Assembly: GCA_963702435.1 (NCBI GenBank)
Contig: CAVPCR010000003.1
Coordinates: forward strand, 320,001-384,000
Direction: 5' to 3'
Origin: Candidatus Eiseniibacteriota bacterium
GTDB lineage: Bacteria; Eisenbacteria; RBG-16-71-46; CAVPCR01
DNA: 64,000 nt
The position numbers and the translations under genes are program-made. Position 1 is the stretch's first letter, and the number at the start of each line of letters is the position of its first letter. A model generated the notes under the pieces. The model was not told the origin of the DNA. It did not search any database and saw only the letters and a list, made by a program, of their open reading frames with translations. Positions 32,906 through 42,490 of this stretch are shown piece after piece.

Positions 32906-34207
32906 ATGACCTCCACCGAGCCCTCCCCGGCGATCGCCCCGGAGCCCCCACCTGGTCCCAGGATCATCACCTATCTTCTGCGACCACTATCATTTAGCCG
33001 CAACGCCCAGCTCTACCTCGCCGGTTCCCTCCTGATGGGCCTGGGTCATGGAGCGGTCTGGGTCCACCTGAACCTCTACTACCGAGCCCTCGGGCTCGGC
33101 GAGGCGACCATCGGCCGGATCCTCGCCGCGGGTGCGCTCGGGACCGTCGTCGTCGCCCTTCCCGCCGCTTTCTTCGCGGACCGGCTGCCCCCCGGGCGCG
33201 TCTTCATGGTGGCAGCCGTTGGCTTCAGCCTCGCCCTCGGCGCCCAGCTCGCCTTCGGCGACCCGCTCTTCCTCGCCCTCGCCGCCGCCTTCACCCAGGC
33301 GCTCTTCACCGTGCACTGGGTGGCGGCGGCACCCTTCTTCGCGCGAAACTCGACCGAGCGCGATCGGCTCGAGCTCTTCAGCTTCGCCATGGCGCTCGAG
33401 ACCCTGGCCACCGTCGCGAGCTCGTACGGAGTCGGCCTCCTGGCCCAGTCCCTCACGCGGGCCGCAGGCTCCGAGCTCACCGGCATCCGTTTCGCCCTCC
33501 TCGCCGCCGCCGCCGCCGCGCTCCTCGCCGTGATCCCCTTCGCGAAGATCCGGAGCGCGCCCGCCGGCGGCCGGGCCCCGCGCGCCATCCGCGACTACCT
33601 GACGGCGAGTGACTGGCCGCTCCTCGCGCGGCTCACCGTGCCGTCGGCGCTCATCGGGGCCGGCGCCGGGCTCATCATCCCGTTCCTGAACCTCTACTTT
33701 CGCGATCGCTTTCACCAGCCGCCGGGTGCGATCGGCGCCTTCTTCGCGGTGTCCCAGCTCCTCACCATGTTCGGCTACCTGGCCGGTCCGCCGCTTGCCC
33801 GCCGCGTGGGCCTCGTCCGCACGGTCGTCGGGACCGAGCTCGGCTCGATTCCCTTCTTCTTCCTCCTCGCGGTGGCCCAGGACCTGCGCCTCGCGGTCTT
33901 CGCCTTCTGGATGCGCGCCGCGCTCATGAACATGAATCACCCGGTGGCGACGAGCTTCACCATGTCGGTGGTCAGCGAGAAGGACCTCGCGGTCACCAAC
34001 TCGGTGCGCATGTTCACCTGGAACATCGCCTGGATGGTGAGCACGCAGGTGGGCGGGATCCTGATCGAGCGCCACGGTTACGCGGTGCCGATGATCATCA
34101 CGATGACCTTCTATGCGATCGCGGCCGCGTTCTTCTACGGGTTCTTTCACCGGATGCACCCGCCACCCGCTCGCGTCCCGATCGAGGGGGAGCCGCCCCA
34201 GGGCTGA
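32906..34207 (+). CDS. MFS transporter
   Basis: About 12 hydrophobic segments; FADRLPP and LARRVG loop motifs. Confidence 0.85.
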   Translation: MTSTEPSPAIAPEPPPGPRIITYLLRPLSFSRNAQLYLAGSLLMGLGHGAVWVHLNLYYRALGLGEATIGRILAAGALGTVVVALPAAFFADRLPPGRVFMVAAVGFSLALGAQLAFGDPLFLALAAAFTQALFTVHWVAAAPFFARNSTERDRLELFSFAMALETLATVASSYGVGLLAQSLTRAAGSELTGIRFALLAAAAAALLAVIPFAKIRSAPAGGRAPRAIRDYLTASDWPLLARLTVPSALIGAGAGLIIPFLNLYFRDRFHQPPGAIGAFFAVSQLLTMFGYLAGPPLARRVGLVRTVVGTELGSIPFFFLLAVAQDLRLAVFAFWMRAALMNMNHPVATSFTMSVVSEKDLAVTNSVRMFTWNIAWMVSTQVGGILIERHGYAVPMIITMTFYAIAAAFFYGFFHRMHPPPARVPIEGEPPQG

Positions 34208-34216
34208 GGCGCGCCG

Positions 34217-36439
34217 TCAGGGGACGACGGCGATCTTGGCCGTGACCTCGCTCCCGGCCGCGCCGAGCCTGAGGAAGTAGATGCCGGCGGCGACCCGCAC
34301 GCCGCGCTCGTCGCGCCCGTCCCAGTCAAGATCGTGGCGGCCCACGGCGCGCGGAGCGCCGCCGAGGCGCCGCACGGAGCGCCCGTCGGCATCGTACACC
34401 GCGCCTTCCAGCGCCCCGCCGCGCGCGAGGTTCACCGTGATGCGCGCGGCGCCGCGGGTCGGGTTGGGCTGGATGCGAAGGACGACGGGCGCAGCAACCG
34501 CCGCCTCCTCCTCCGCGATCCCGACCGGCGGCAGGCGCCGGTAGTAGTTGAGCCCCCCGCACATCTCGCCGACGAAGAGATCCAGTCGCCCGTCCCCGGT
34601 GATGTCTCCCATCGCCGCCACGCTTTCGTTCCCGACCTGGGCGGCGGCGAAGGCTTCCGATTCGAGCACGAAGTTGAACGCCTGCGGCGTGCCCGTGTTC
34701 CGGTAGAAGTTCAAGTTCCCGGCACGCTCGCCGAGGAGGAGATCGAGGTCCCCGTCGGCATCGAGGTCGCGGAGCATGGGTGCGAGGTCCCCGTCGTAGA
34801 CGCGCTGGGCGAAGACGAAGGTGCTCGGCGTGTTGTCGCTCACCGTCACCCACACCGGGCTCTGCGTGGTCCCGGTGTTGCGCACGTAGAAGAGCCGGGG
34901 ATTCCCCGTCACCCCGAACTCGCCGACCAGGAGATCGAGGTCACCGTCGGCATCCAGGTCGCCGAGGGCCGGCGCGGCGTTGAAATCGCCCTGCACATTC
35001 CCGAACTGCGCGCTCGCGAGTGCGAGCGAACGATTCTGCGGAGTGCCGTTGTTGCGGTAGAAGCGCACGCGGGCCGGGCTGCCGGCGCCGACGAAGAGGT
35101 CGAGGTCGCCGTCGCCCTCGTGGTCGATCCAGACCGGAGCCGCCGCGGTTCCAACATCGATCGGGAGATCGCTCGAGTCGGTGAGCGGGAGCTGCTCGAT
35201 GAAGCTCGGCGCCACCGCCGTCCCCGCGTTGAAGAACGGGATGATCGTGCCGTCGTCGGCGCCGACGAAGAGATCCAGGTCGCCGTCGGCGTCGATATTG
35301 CCGAGAGCGGGATGCGAGCTGCGGCCGATGTCGATCGCCTTGATCAGGTTCCGGTCCACCGTCACGTAGCTCGGTACTTGCGGCGAACCCGTGTTGCGGA
35401 AGTAGATCAGGTTGTCGATCGCGGCGCCCTGGTTGGTCACGCCGACCAGGAGATCGAGGTCCCCGTCGTCGTCCAGGTCTCCCGTGCGCGCCTGGTTGAG
35501 GCCGAGCGTGTTGATCGGCAGGAAGTCGTGCGTGACACGCTGGAAGCACGCGGTGGGGGGCGTGCAGGCCGGGACGCAGGCGCCGGGCGCATTCCGGAAG
35601 TGCCAGAGGTTCGTGTTGTTGAGGTCCCCGATCAGGATGTCCGCGTCGAGATCGGCATCCAGGTCGGCGGTCGTGATGACCGAGATCCCGTGCTGCGGGT
35701 CGGCCGGCCCGTCCGGGCCCGCCACGGCCCCGCCGCCCGGCGCCCCGCTCTCGCCGCCCGGCGCCCCGCTCCCACCGCCCCGGGCGACACCCGGATCGTA
35801 GGTGTCGATGCAACCGAAGACATCGGTCACGAACACCATGGTCGCCGCCTGCGGCGTGCCGGCGTTCCGGAAGTAGCGGGCGGTGCCGAAGCTCTGCTCC
35901 ATCTCGAGGTAGTCGAGATCGCCGTCCGTGTCGAGATCCACGAAAGCCGGCGTGTTTCCGAAGCCGGAGTTTGCGATGCCCTGCCAGCCGCTCGTGACGA
36001 GCTGCCAGCTCGGCTGGTTGACGGTCCCCACGTTCCGGTGGAAGACGACCGAGCCGATTCCGTCGGTGAAGAGATCGAGATCGCCGTCGGCATCGATGTC
36101 GGCGAGCGTCGCCCAGGTGTTGGCGTCGATTCCCTGCAGGCGATCGGTCACGAAGCGGAAGAGGAAGGACTGGGGCGTCCCGTCGTTCCGGTAGCGGGTG
36201 ATGCCGCCGTCGGGCTGGGTGAGGAGCAGATCCAGGTCGCCGTCGGCGTCGAGATCGGCGAGCTCGGGCTTCGGGCTGTCGAGCCCGCCGGTGAACGGCT
36301 CGGCGATCGGCCCGCCCGCATTCACGGGAATGCCGCTCACCTGGCGCAGGAACGAGAAGTCCGCCCCGGCCGGGGCGGCCATGGCGATCGCGATGAGCGA
36401 TCCGATCGCGAGGGAGGAAAGAGGGCGCCCGTTCATCAT
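34217..36439 (-). CDS. Secreted FG-GAP/VCBS repeat protein with FlgD-Ig-like C-terminal domain
   Basis: Signal peptide; many DLDADGDLDL repeats; PNP...VYDADGRSVR...WDGRDERG...GIYFLRL. Confidence 0.85.
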   Translation of the reverse strand: MMNGRPLSSLAIGSLIAIAMAAPAGADFSFLRQVSGIPVNAGGPIAEPFTGGLDSPKPELADLDADGDLDLLLTQPDGGITRYRNDGTPQSFLFRFVTDRLQGIDANTWATLADIDADGDLDLFTDGIGSVVFHRNVGTVNQPSWQLVTSGWQGIANSGFGNTPAFVDLDTDGDLDYLEMEQSFGTARYFRNAGTPQAATMVFVTDVFGCIDTYDPGVARGGGSGAPGGESGAPGGGAVAGPDGPADPQHGISVITTADLDADLDADILIGDLNNTNLWHFRNAPGACVPACTPPTACFQRVTHDFLPINTLGLNQARTGDLDDDGDLDLLVGVTNQGAAIDNLIYFRNTGSPQVPSYVTVDRNLIKAIDIGRSSHPALGNIDADGDLDLFVGADDGTIIPFFNAGTAVAPSFIEQLPLTDSSDLPIDVGTAAAPVWIDHEGDGDLDLFVGAGSPARVRFYRNNGTPQNRSLALASAQFGNVQGDFNAAPALGDLDADGDLDLLVGEFGVTGNPRLFYVRNTGTTQSPVWVTVSDNTPSTFVFAQRVYDGDLAPMLRDLDADGDLDLLLGERAGNLNFYRNTGTPQAFNFVLESEAFAAAQVGNESVAAMGDITGDGRLDLFVGEMCGGLNYYRRLPPVGIAEEEAAVAAPVVLRIQPNPTRGAARITVNLARGGALEGAVYDADGRSVRRLGGAPRAVGRHDLDWDGRDERGVRVAAGIYFLRLGAAGSEVTAKIAVVP

Positions 36440-36716
36440 GCCAATCACTCGGGGGGTCGGGGGGATGGAGCGGCCTCTGGAAACGCCGGGGGGGAGAGCT
36501 CATCGCCGCTCGTCCCGCCCATTATAGCCCGCATGGCCTCTTCCTGCCGAGCCGGGCCCTGTCCTTCCCTACTCCCTCGGCAGGGCATTTTGCACGGCCG
36601 GGACCGGCGGCGTGCCCGGCCGCGGCGGCTCGGGGATCACCGCCCGCCCGCCCGCGGGACGGCGGAACATCGCGCCCGGTCATCGATTGCTACGAATGCG
36701 CGGCGACCCGGCGAGC

Positions 36717-36732
36717 TGGCACTCCGCGTGCA
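36717..36732 (+). promoter_or_regulatory. Sigma54-type -24/-12 promoter in front of the 6S-like RNA
   Basis: TGGCAC-TCCGC-GTGCA; GG at 36718-19 and GC at 36730-31 predict +1 near 36743. Confidence 0.55.
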
Positions 36733-36744
36733 AACCTTCCCTCC

Positions 36745-36924
36745 GGTTCCTGGACTGCGCGTCTCGATCCTCGGGGATTCAGCGCAGGCGCTCGTGTCGG
36801 GAGTCGACGAGGGGATCCCAAGGGCGGTCGCCTGAAAAGCGACTACCGAACGGACCCGGGATCGGCACCCACCTTCCGTACGGATGCGCCTGGATCGCCG
36901 GGGCGGACGGCCGTCGCGGGGACC
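36745..36924 (+). ncRNA. ssrS: Probable 6S RNA
   Basis: 180-nt rod paired by eye: GGTTCCTG/CGGGGACC, CCTCGGGGATTCAGCGCA/TGCGCCTGGATCGCCGGGG, central bubble, GGGAGTCGA/TCGGCACCC followed by ACC, apical GTCGC-CTGAAAA-GCGAC; U-rich tail follows. Confidence 0.75.
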
Positions 36925-36991
36925 CTTTTCTTTGCCTGCCGCGCCCCCTTCCCCCACCGTGCCGTACCCCGCGCACCCGACGCCCCCGCTC

Positions 36992-37366
36992 TCAGACGCG
37001 GATGGCATCCACCACGTGAGTGAGGACGAGTCCGGCGTCGGGTTCGTAGTCGATCGCGATCACATCGAACCTGAGCGCACCGCCCCCGCGCGCGCGATGC
37101 GCCCGCGCGATCTCCCCGGCCGCCGACCATACCCGCCGCTGCTTCACGCGCCCGACCGTCTCGACGGCCGTCCCGTAGCGACCGCGCCGCCGGAGCCGCA
37201 CCTCGACCACGCAGGTCAGATCGCCGCGGGTGACCACGAGATCGATCTCGCGGCGGCCGTGCCGCACGTTCCGCGCCGCGACGACGTAGCCTTGGAGCTC
37301 GAGATACGCGGCGGCAATCGCCTCGCCGAGCCGACCCACGTCCGTGGTCGATCGTTCTCCGAACAT
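36992..37366 (-). CDS. yraN: YraN family nuclease
   Basis: GRLGEAIAAAYL..GY...RNVR...EIDLV...VEVR...RFDVIAI. Confidence 0.88.
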   Translation of the reverse strand: MFGERSTTDVGRLGEAIAAAYLELQGYVVAARNVRHGRREIDLVVTRGDLTCVVEVRLRRRGRYGTAVETVGRVKQRRVWSAAGEIARAHRARGGGALRFDVIAIDYEPDAGLVLTHVVDAIRV

Positions 37367-37485
37367 GCACCTCTCCGCGGCGGGGAGCCGGCGCCGGCGC
37401 GCCGGAGGCGGGTATGCGCACGAAAGGACGAGCTGGGATCGCCTGGTCCGGTGAAGCGGGCCGCCCGTTGACTTGCGACGGGCTG

Positions 37486-39339
37486 CTAGCGAGTTCCCGG
37501 AGGCGGGGGGAGCTGGAGGCGGAACGATGCGGCTCGCACCGAGCGCGGAGTGACACCGGGAGGACTCGCGCCGAAGCGCATCGGGAGGCGTCTTCCACCC
37601 CCCGATCCGAGCTCGAGCTCGAGCGCCGCCTCGCTGCCGCGTCGCGGCTCGGCCACCGCCACCTCGATACCATAGTCTCCCGCACCGCAGTCCGGAGGCA
37701 ACTGGAACATGAGGATGTCGTGGAACCGGCGCCCCCCGAGCGCCGTGAGATCGAGGAGGCCGTGCCCGAGCCAGTGCGTGAGGTCGAGGCGCACCCGACC
37801 GCTCGCGTCCACGATGGACATCGCCGTGCGGAGCTCGGTGGCCGCCCGGCCTGCGGGTCCGGGCGGCAGCGCGCCACTCGGCCACGTCGACTGCCACTGG
37901 AGACGCACGGTCACGAGGCCGCCCGGACGGCGGCCCGGCGGCAAGATCACATCCACCTGCTCGAGCACGAGCGCATCGCCGAAGGCGGCCAGGCGACTGC
38001 TCGCCGCCGGCGCCGCCGGACTCAGGATCTGCTCGACACCGGCGGCGTGCTTCGGCAGCACCATGGCGTAGCGGGAACGCCGCAGGAGCACCACGTTCCC
38101 GGCGCGCACGGCGCCGTCGAGCGCGCCGCGCCGCTGGACATCGAGCGGGCGATCCGGATAGGGCCCGCTCGCGAGCACGGCCCACGGCCTCCGGCGGAAG
38201 TCGGTGGCGAGATCGTAGAGCGCGACCTGGTCGCGATCGGCGGCGAGCGCGAGCGGGCCGACGAGCGCCTGCCCGAGATCGGCCACCAGGCGCGGGACCC
38301 GCTCCGCATCGCGCCAGGACGGGGCGGCGACGTGGCGCACGGCGAGCGCCAGGTTGCCGGCGAGGAGCGCGATCCCGAGCGCGGCGCCCACCGGCCCGAG
38401 GGCCACGCGCGTCACGCGGGAGGCGGCGCGCCGGAGCGAGCCGACGCCGCTCCCCGCGAGGACAGCGAGCCACGGCGCCAGAAGCACCGCTGCCTCTTCC
38501 CAGCCCGTCCGCGGCGCCACGAGGAAGGCGGTCGCCACGAACGTCGCCGCCACGCCGAGCACGTAGCGGCGGTGCGGGCCGCCACGCTCGACCCCGACCG
38601 CAGCACCGATCGCTGCGACGACGAGGACTCCGCCGCATCCGACGAGGAGCGCGAGCCCCTGGTCTGCGAGCACGCGCTCCACGCCGAGATCGCCGCCCGG
38701 CGCGAACCCCGGGCGGAGCACCGCGGCGTAGAGGATCCACGGCACGAGCGCCGGGAGACCGCTCCGCAGGTCGCCGCGCACGCGGGGCGCCGCGAGGAGC
38801 ATCGGAAGCGCGACGACGCTCCGGGCCGACACGAAGAGCAGCCCACCGAACACGACCAGCCCGGTCGGGAGGCGTCCGGTCCAGGCCAGGGCTGCCGCGC
38901 TCGCCGCGATCGCGATCTCGACCGCCGCGGCATCGGCCGACGGCATGCGCACGAGGACCGGGCCCAGGGCGAGGAGCGCCAGCGCCGCGGCCAGCGGCTC
39001 GAGCAGGCGATCGACGGGCGCGCCGCCGCGCGCGCGCGCGCTCCGGAAGCGAGCCACGGCGAGCGTGGCGAGGATTCCGGCCGCGAGTCCGAGGAGATTC
39101 AGATCCCGGCTCGTTCCGCCCGGCAGGATGGCATCGGCGCCCATGCCGAGGATCAGGTAGCCGGCCCGTCCGGGCTCCGCGAAGGGCCGCCCGTCACGCA
39201 CCGCCGCCACCGCATTGACGCCGGCCGCGCGCCACTGCGTGGCCGACCACCAGGGCGCGAGCACGAGCCCGGCGAGGAGCGTGACAAGGACGGCCAGGAG
39301 GCGCGGCCGGACGCCGGGAGTGCGCGTGCTCACAGACAT
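37486..39339 (-). CDS. Hypothetical polytopic membrane protein with soluble C-terminal domain
   Basis: Many hydrophobic helices; overlaps the rnhB stop; no family recognised. Confidence 0.55.
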   Translation of the reverse strand: MSVSTRTPGVRPRLLAVLVTLLAGLVLAPWWSATQWRAAGVNAVAAVRDGRPFAEPGRAGYLILGMGADAILPGGTSRDLNLLGLAAGILATLAVARFRSARARGGAPVDRLLEPLAAALALLALGPVLVRMPSADAAAVEIAIAASAAALAWTGRLPTGLVVFGGLLFVSARSVVALPMLLAAPRVRGDLRSGLPALVPWILYAAVLRPGFAPGGDLGVERVLADQGLALLVGCGGVLVVAAIGAAVGVERGGPHRRYVLGVAATFVATAFLVAPRTGWEEAAVLLAPWLAVLAGSGVGSLRRAASRVTRVALGPVGAALGIALLAGNLALAVRHVAAPSWRDAERVPRLVADLGQALVGPLALAADRDQVALYDLATDFRRRPWAVLASGPYPDRPLDVQRRGALDGAVRAGNVVLLRRSRYAMVLPKHAAGVEQILSPAAPAASSRLAAFGDALVLEQVDVILPPGRRPGGLVTVRLQWQSTWPSGALPPGPAGRAATELRTAMSIVDASGRVRLDLTHWLGHGLLDLTALGGRRFHDILMFQLPPDCGAGDYGIEVAVAEPRRGSEAALELELGSGGGRRLPMRFGASPPGVTPRSVRAASFRLQLPPPPGTR

Positions 39340-39974
39340 GCGAGCTGCGCGGCGAGCGCCGCCGGCGCGAAGCTCCGGCGGTGGATCGGGCAGGGACCGA
39401 GCCGCTTCAGCGCGGCCAGGTGCTCGGCGGTGCCGTAACCCCGGTGGCGGTCGAAGCCATACTCGGGGTAGAGGCGATGGTACTCGTCCATGAGCGCGTC
39501 CCGGTGCACCTTGGCGAGGATCGAGGCGGCCGCGATCGAGAGGCTCTTCCGATCGCCTCCGATCACCGGCTCCTGCGCGAGCAGGAGGTCCGGGATCGCG
39601 AAGCCGTCGACGAGGACAAGATCGGGAACGACCGCGAGCGTGGCGAGCGCGGTGCGCATGGCCACGAAGGTCGCTTCCCGGATGTTGATGCGGTCGATCG
39701 CCGCAACGTCCACCTCCGCGACGGCGTGGCTCCGGGCGGCGGCGCGGATGAGCGCCGCGAGGCCGCTCCGCGCCGCGCGCGCCACGCGCTTCGAATCGTC
39801 CACGCCGGGCAACCGGGCGCCGGGGGCGAGGACGACCGCCGCCGCCACCACCGGCCCGGCCAGTGGCCCGCGCCCCGCCTCATCGACGCCGCAGAGGAGC
39901 GCTGCCGCACGCTGCGCGTCGAAGCGCCGGAGCGCAAGCCAGCGCCGCGCCCCCCGCCGACCGGTCTCGGTCAG
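39330..39974 (-). CDS. rnhB: Ribonuclease HII (probable CTG start)
   Basis: [19 protein letters not shown] lies upstream of the listed [28 protein letters not shown]. Confidence 0.92.
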   Translation of the reverse strand: MTETGRRGARRWLALRRFDAQRAAALLCGVDEAGRGPLAGPVVAAAVVLAPGARLPGVDDSKRVARAARSGLAALIRAAARSHAVAEVDVAAIDRINIREATFVAMRTALATLAVVPDLVLVDGFAIPDLLLAQEPVIGGDRKSLSIAAASILAKVHRDALMDEYHRLYPEYGFDRHRGYGTAEHLAALKRLGPCPIHRRSFAPAALAAQLACL

Positions 39975-40321
39975 CGCGTCTCCTTGAGCTCGGCCACGCG
40001 CGCGGCCTTCCCCTTCTTGCCGCGCAGGTAGAAGAGCTTCGCGCGCCGCACGCGGCCGGGGCGCACCACCTCGACCGTCGTGATGTTCTGCGAGTGGAGC
40101 GGGAAGATGCGCTCGACACCGACGCCCGCCGTCACCTTGCGCACGATGAAGGTGGCCTTGATGCCGGCGCCCCGCCGCGCGATGACCATGCCCTGGAAGA
40201 TCTGCACGCGCTCCTTCTCGCCCTCGACGACCTTGTAGTGCACCTTGACCAGGTCGCCGACCGCGAACTGCGGCAGCTCCGCCCTCCCGTATTTCGACTC
40301 GACCAGACGAATGGGGTCCAT
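39971..40321 (-). CDS. rplS: 50S ribosomal protein L19
   Basis: [36 protein letters not shown]. Confidence 0.96.
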   Translation of the reverse strand: MDPIRLVESKYGRAELPQFAVGDLVKVHYKVVEGEKERVQIFQGMVIARRGAGIKATFIVRKVTAGVGVERIFPLHSQNITTVEVVRPGRVRRAKLFYLRGKKGKAARVAELKETR

Positions 40322-40331
40322 CTGCACCTCC

Positions 40332-41132
40332 TTACCGCTTGGGATCCTCTGGATCCGGTTCCTCGTTCTCTCTCCAGTCGCTGGCCGGCCCGCGCTCCAG
40401 AGCGCGCCGCCGGCGCCTTCCCCCGGCCGCGCTGGCGGCCGCAAGCTCATCGTGCGCGGCGAGGAGGTCGGGCCGCCGCTCGCGCGTCCGTTCGCGCGCC
40501 ACCGCCTCCCGCCACTCGCGGATGCGGGCGTGATTCCCGGAGAGCAGCACCTCCGGCACGCGCAGGCCGTCGAACTCCTCGGGCCGCGTGTAGAGCGGTC
40601 CCTCGAGGAGCCCGCTCGTGAAGGAGTCCGATTCGGCCGACTCCTGATTGCCGAGCACCCCCGCCTTGAGGCGGGTCATGCACTCGACGAGGACGAGCGC
40701 AGCCAGCTCGCCACCCGACAGCACGTAGTCGCCGATCGATACCTCATCGGTGACATAGCGCTCGATGATCCGCTCGTCCACCCCCTTGTACCGCCCGCAG
40801 ATCAGGATCAGCCGCGGCGCGGCCGCGAACTCGGTCACCGCCCGCTGGGTGAGGAGCCGCCCCTGGGCGCTCATCAGAATCACGCGGGCGCCGCCGCCGA
40901 GCGCGGCCTGCGCCTGCTCGATCGCCCCCTTGAGCGGCAGCGGCGTCATCACCATCCCCGGCCCGCCGCCGTAGGGGTAGTCATCCACCGACCGGTAACG
41001 GTCGGTCGTGAAGTCCCGGATGTCGATCACCGCCGGCTCGAGCTGCCCCTGCGCGCATGCGATCCGCACCATGCCGTGCTCGAAGAACGGCCGCACGAGC
41101 TCGGGGAAGATGGTGAGGACCGCGAGCTTCAT
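40332..41132 (-). CDS. trmD: tRNA (guanine-N1)-methyltransferase
   Basis: [37 protein letters not shown]. Confidence 0.95.
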   Translation of the reverse strand: MKLAVLTIFPELVRPFFEHGMVRIACAQGQLEPAVIDIRDFTTDRYRSVDDYPYGGGPGMVMTPLPLKGAIEQAQAALGGGARVILMSAQGRLLTQRAVTEFAAAPRLILICGRYKGVDERIIERYVTDEVSIGDYVLSGGELAALVLVECMTRLKAGVLGNQESAESDSFTSGLLEGPLYTRPEEFDGLRVPEVLLSGNHARIREWREAVARERTRERRPDLLAAHDELAAASAAGGRRRRRALERGPASDWRENEEPDPEDPKR

Positions 41133-41734
41133 GGCGCTCGCTCCGGCGGCGCGCCCCCGGTGTCGCCCTCCCCACCCGGAGCGTCCGGCTCGACCTCCTG
41201 GGCCTCGAACAATCCCGCGACCGGCCGCACCACCATGCGGCCCGCGGCCACGTCCACCTCGGCGATCACCGCGCGCGTGGCCGGGATCAGCACCTCGCCG
41301 CCCGGCCCGCGCACGACGTACACGTCATTGGCGCCGGTCTCGAGGATCGACTCGAGCGTGCCCACCGCAACGCCGTCCGTGCGCACGACGCGGAGTCCGA
41401 TCAGCTCGAAGTGATAGCTCTCGTCGGCCCCCGCCGGCGGCACCTCGGTGCGGCTCACCGCGAGCAGCCGGCCGACCAGACGCTCCTTGGCCACCTGCCG
41501 GTCGTCGATCCCGCTGAAGAGCACGATGAACTCGTCTTGCAGCCGGCGCACCGACTCGATGGCGAGGAACTCGGCAGCGCCGCCGCCCCGCTCGATCACA
41601 AACGCCCCGGCGAGATCGTCGAACCGAGCGGTCACATCGCTGAGCGGCCGCACCAGGACCTCGCCCTGGATACCGCGCACCTTGACGATCTCGCCCACGA
41701 CGACGTGGTCTTCGCCACCCGCCATCTGAGTCAT
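41129..41734 (-). CDS. rimM: Ribosome maturation factor RimM
   Basis: [28 protein letters not shown]; synteny. Confidence 0.92.
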   Translation of the reverse strand: MTQMAGGEDHVVVGEIVKVRGIQGEVLVRPLSDVTARFDDLAGAFVIERGGGAAEFLAIESVRRLQDEFIVLFSGIDDRQVAKERLVGRLLAVSRTEVPPAGADESYHFELIGLRVVRTDGVAVGTLESILETGANDVYVVRGPGGEVLIPATRAVIAEVDVAAGRMVVRPVAGLFEAQEVEPDAPGGEGDTGGAPPERAP

Positions 41735-41754
41735 GTCGCGTCGCCTGCCGAGCC

Positions 41755-42060
41755 CTAGTCGAGAATGTCGAGATCCGCTGCCTGCCCCCCGTGGGCCGCC
41801 CCGAGTGCGAGGAGCGTGCGGATCGCCTTCGCCGTGCGCCCGTTGCGCCCGATGACGTTGCCGAGATCGGCCGGCGCCACCCGGAGCTCGAAGAGCGATC
41901 CGCTCTCCCGCTTGAGCTCGGATACCTGCACCGCCGACGGGTCATCGACCAGCCCCTTCGCCAGGTAGGTGACCAGATCGCTGAGCCCGCTGGCGGGTTC
42001 GACGTGCGAGGCGGGAGTGCGCCGCCCCCGGAATACCTTGTCGCGCGGACGCCGTTTCAT
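41755..42060 (-). CDS. khpA: KH-domain RNA-binding protein (start may be further downstream)
   Basis: LVDDP..V.V, DLGNVIGRNGRTAKAIRTL; between rpsP and rimM. Confidence 0.85.
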   Translation of the reverse strand: MKRRPRDKVFRGRRTPASHVEPASGLSDLVTYLAKGLVDDPSAVQVSELKRESGSLFELRVAPADLGNVIGRNGRTAKAIRTLLALGAAHGGQAADLDILD

Positions 42061-42071
42061 GGTCGCCCGCG

Positions 42072-42398
42072 TCAGGCCGGAGCCGCTTCGGAGGCGACAG
42101 CCGCCGCCTTGCCCTTGGCCGCAGCGCGCTTCCTGTCCTTCTGCGACATGGGCATCGGGCCGTGCTTCTTCCGCTTGATCAGGCGATCCACCGTCTCCGA
42201 AGGCTGGGCGCCCTTCTGGATCCAGTCGAGCACCCGCTCCTCGGCGAACTCGATCACCTCCGGGTGCGACATCGGATTGTAGAAGCCGACCGTCTCGATG
42301 AAGCGCCCGTCGCGCCGCATGCGCGAGTCGGCGACGACCATGTGATAGAAGGGCCGCTTCCGCGAGCCCGCCCGCCTGAGACGAATCACTACCGCCAT
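42072..42398 (-). CDS. rpsP: 30S ribosomal protein S16
   Basis: [26 protein letters not shown]. Confidence 0.96.
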   Translation of the reverse strand: MAVVIRLRRAGSRKRPFYHMVVADSRMRRDGRFIETVGFYNPMSHPEVIEFAEERVLDWIQKGAQPSETVDRLIKRKKHGPMPMSQKDRKRAAAKGKAAAVASEAAPA

Positions 42399-42490
42399 GA
42401 ACTCTCCTTGGGGTCTTCCCCGCTCCCGGGGATCGAGGCCCCGGCTGACCTGGCCGCCTTCTCGCCCGCCGCCTGTCGAGGCGGTGACGC

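Noticed and set aside
39851..39974. Frameshift or truncation in rnhB
   Set aside because: The frame is continuous through DEAGRG; only the start codon is non-standard
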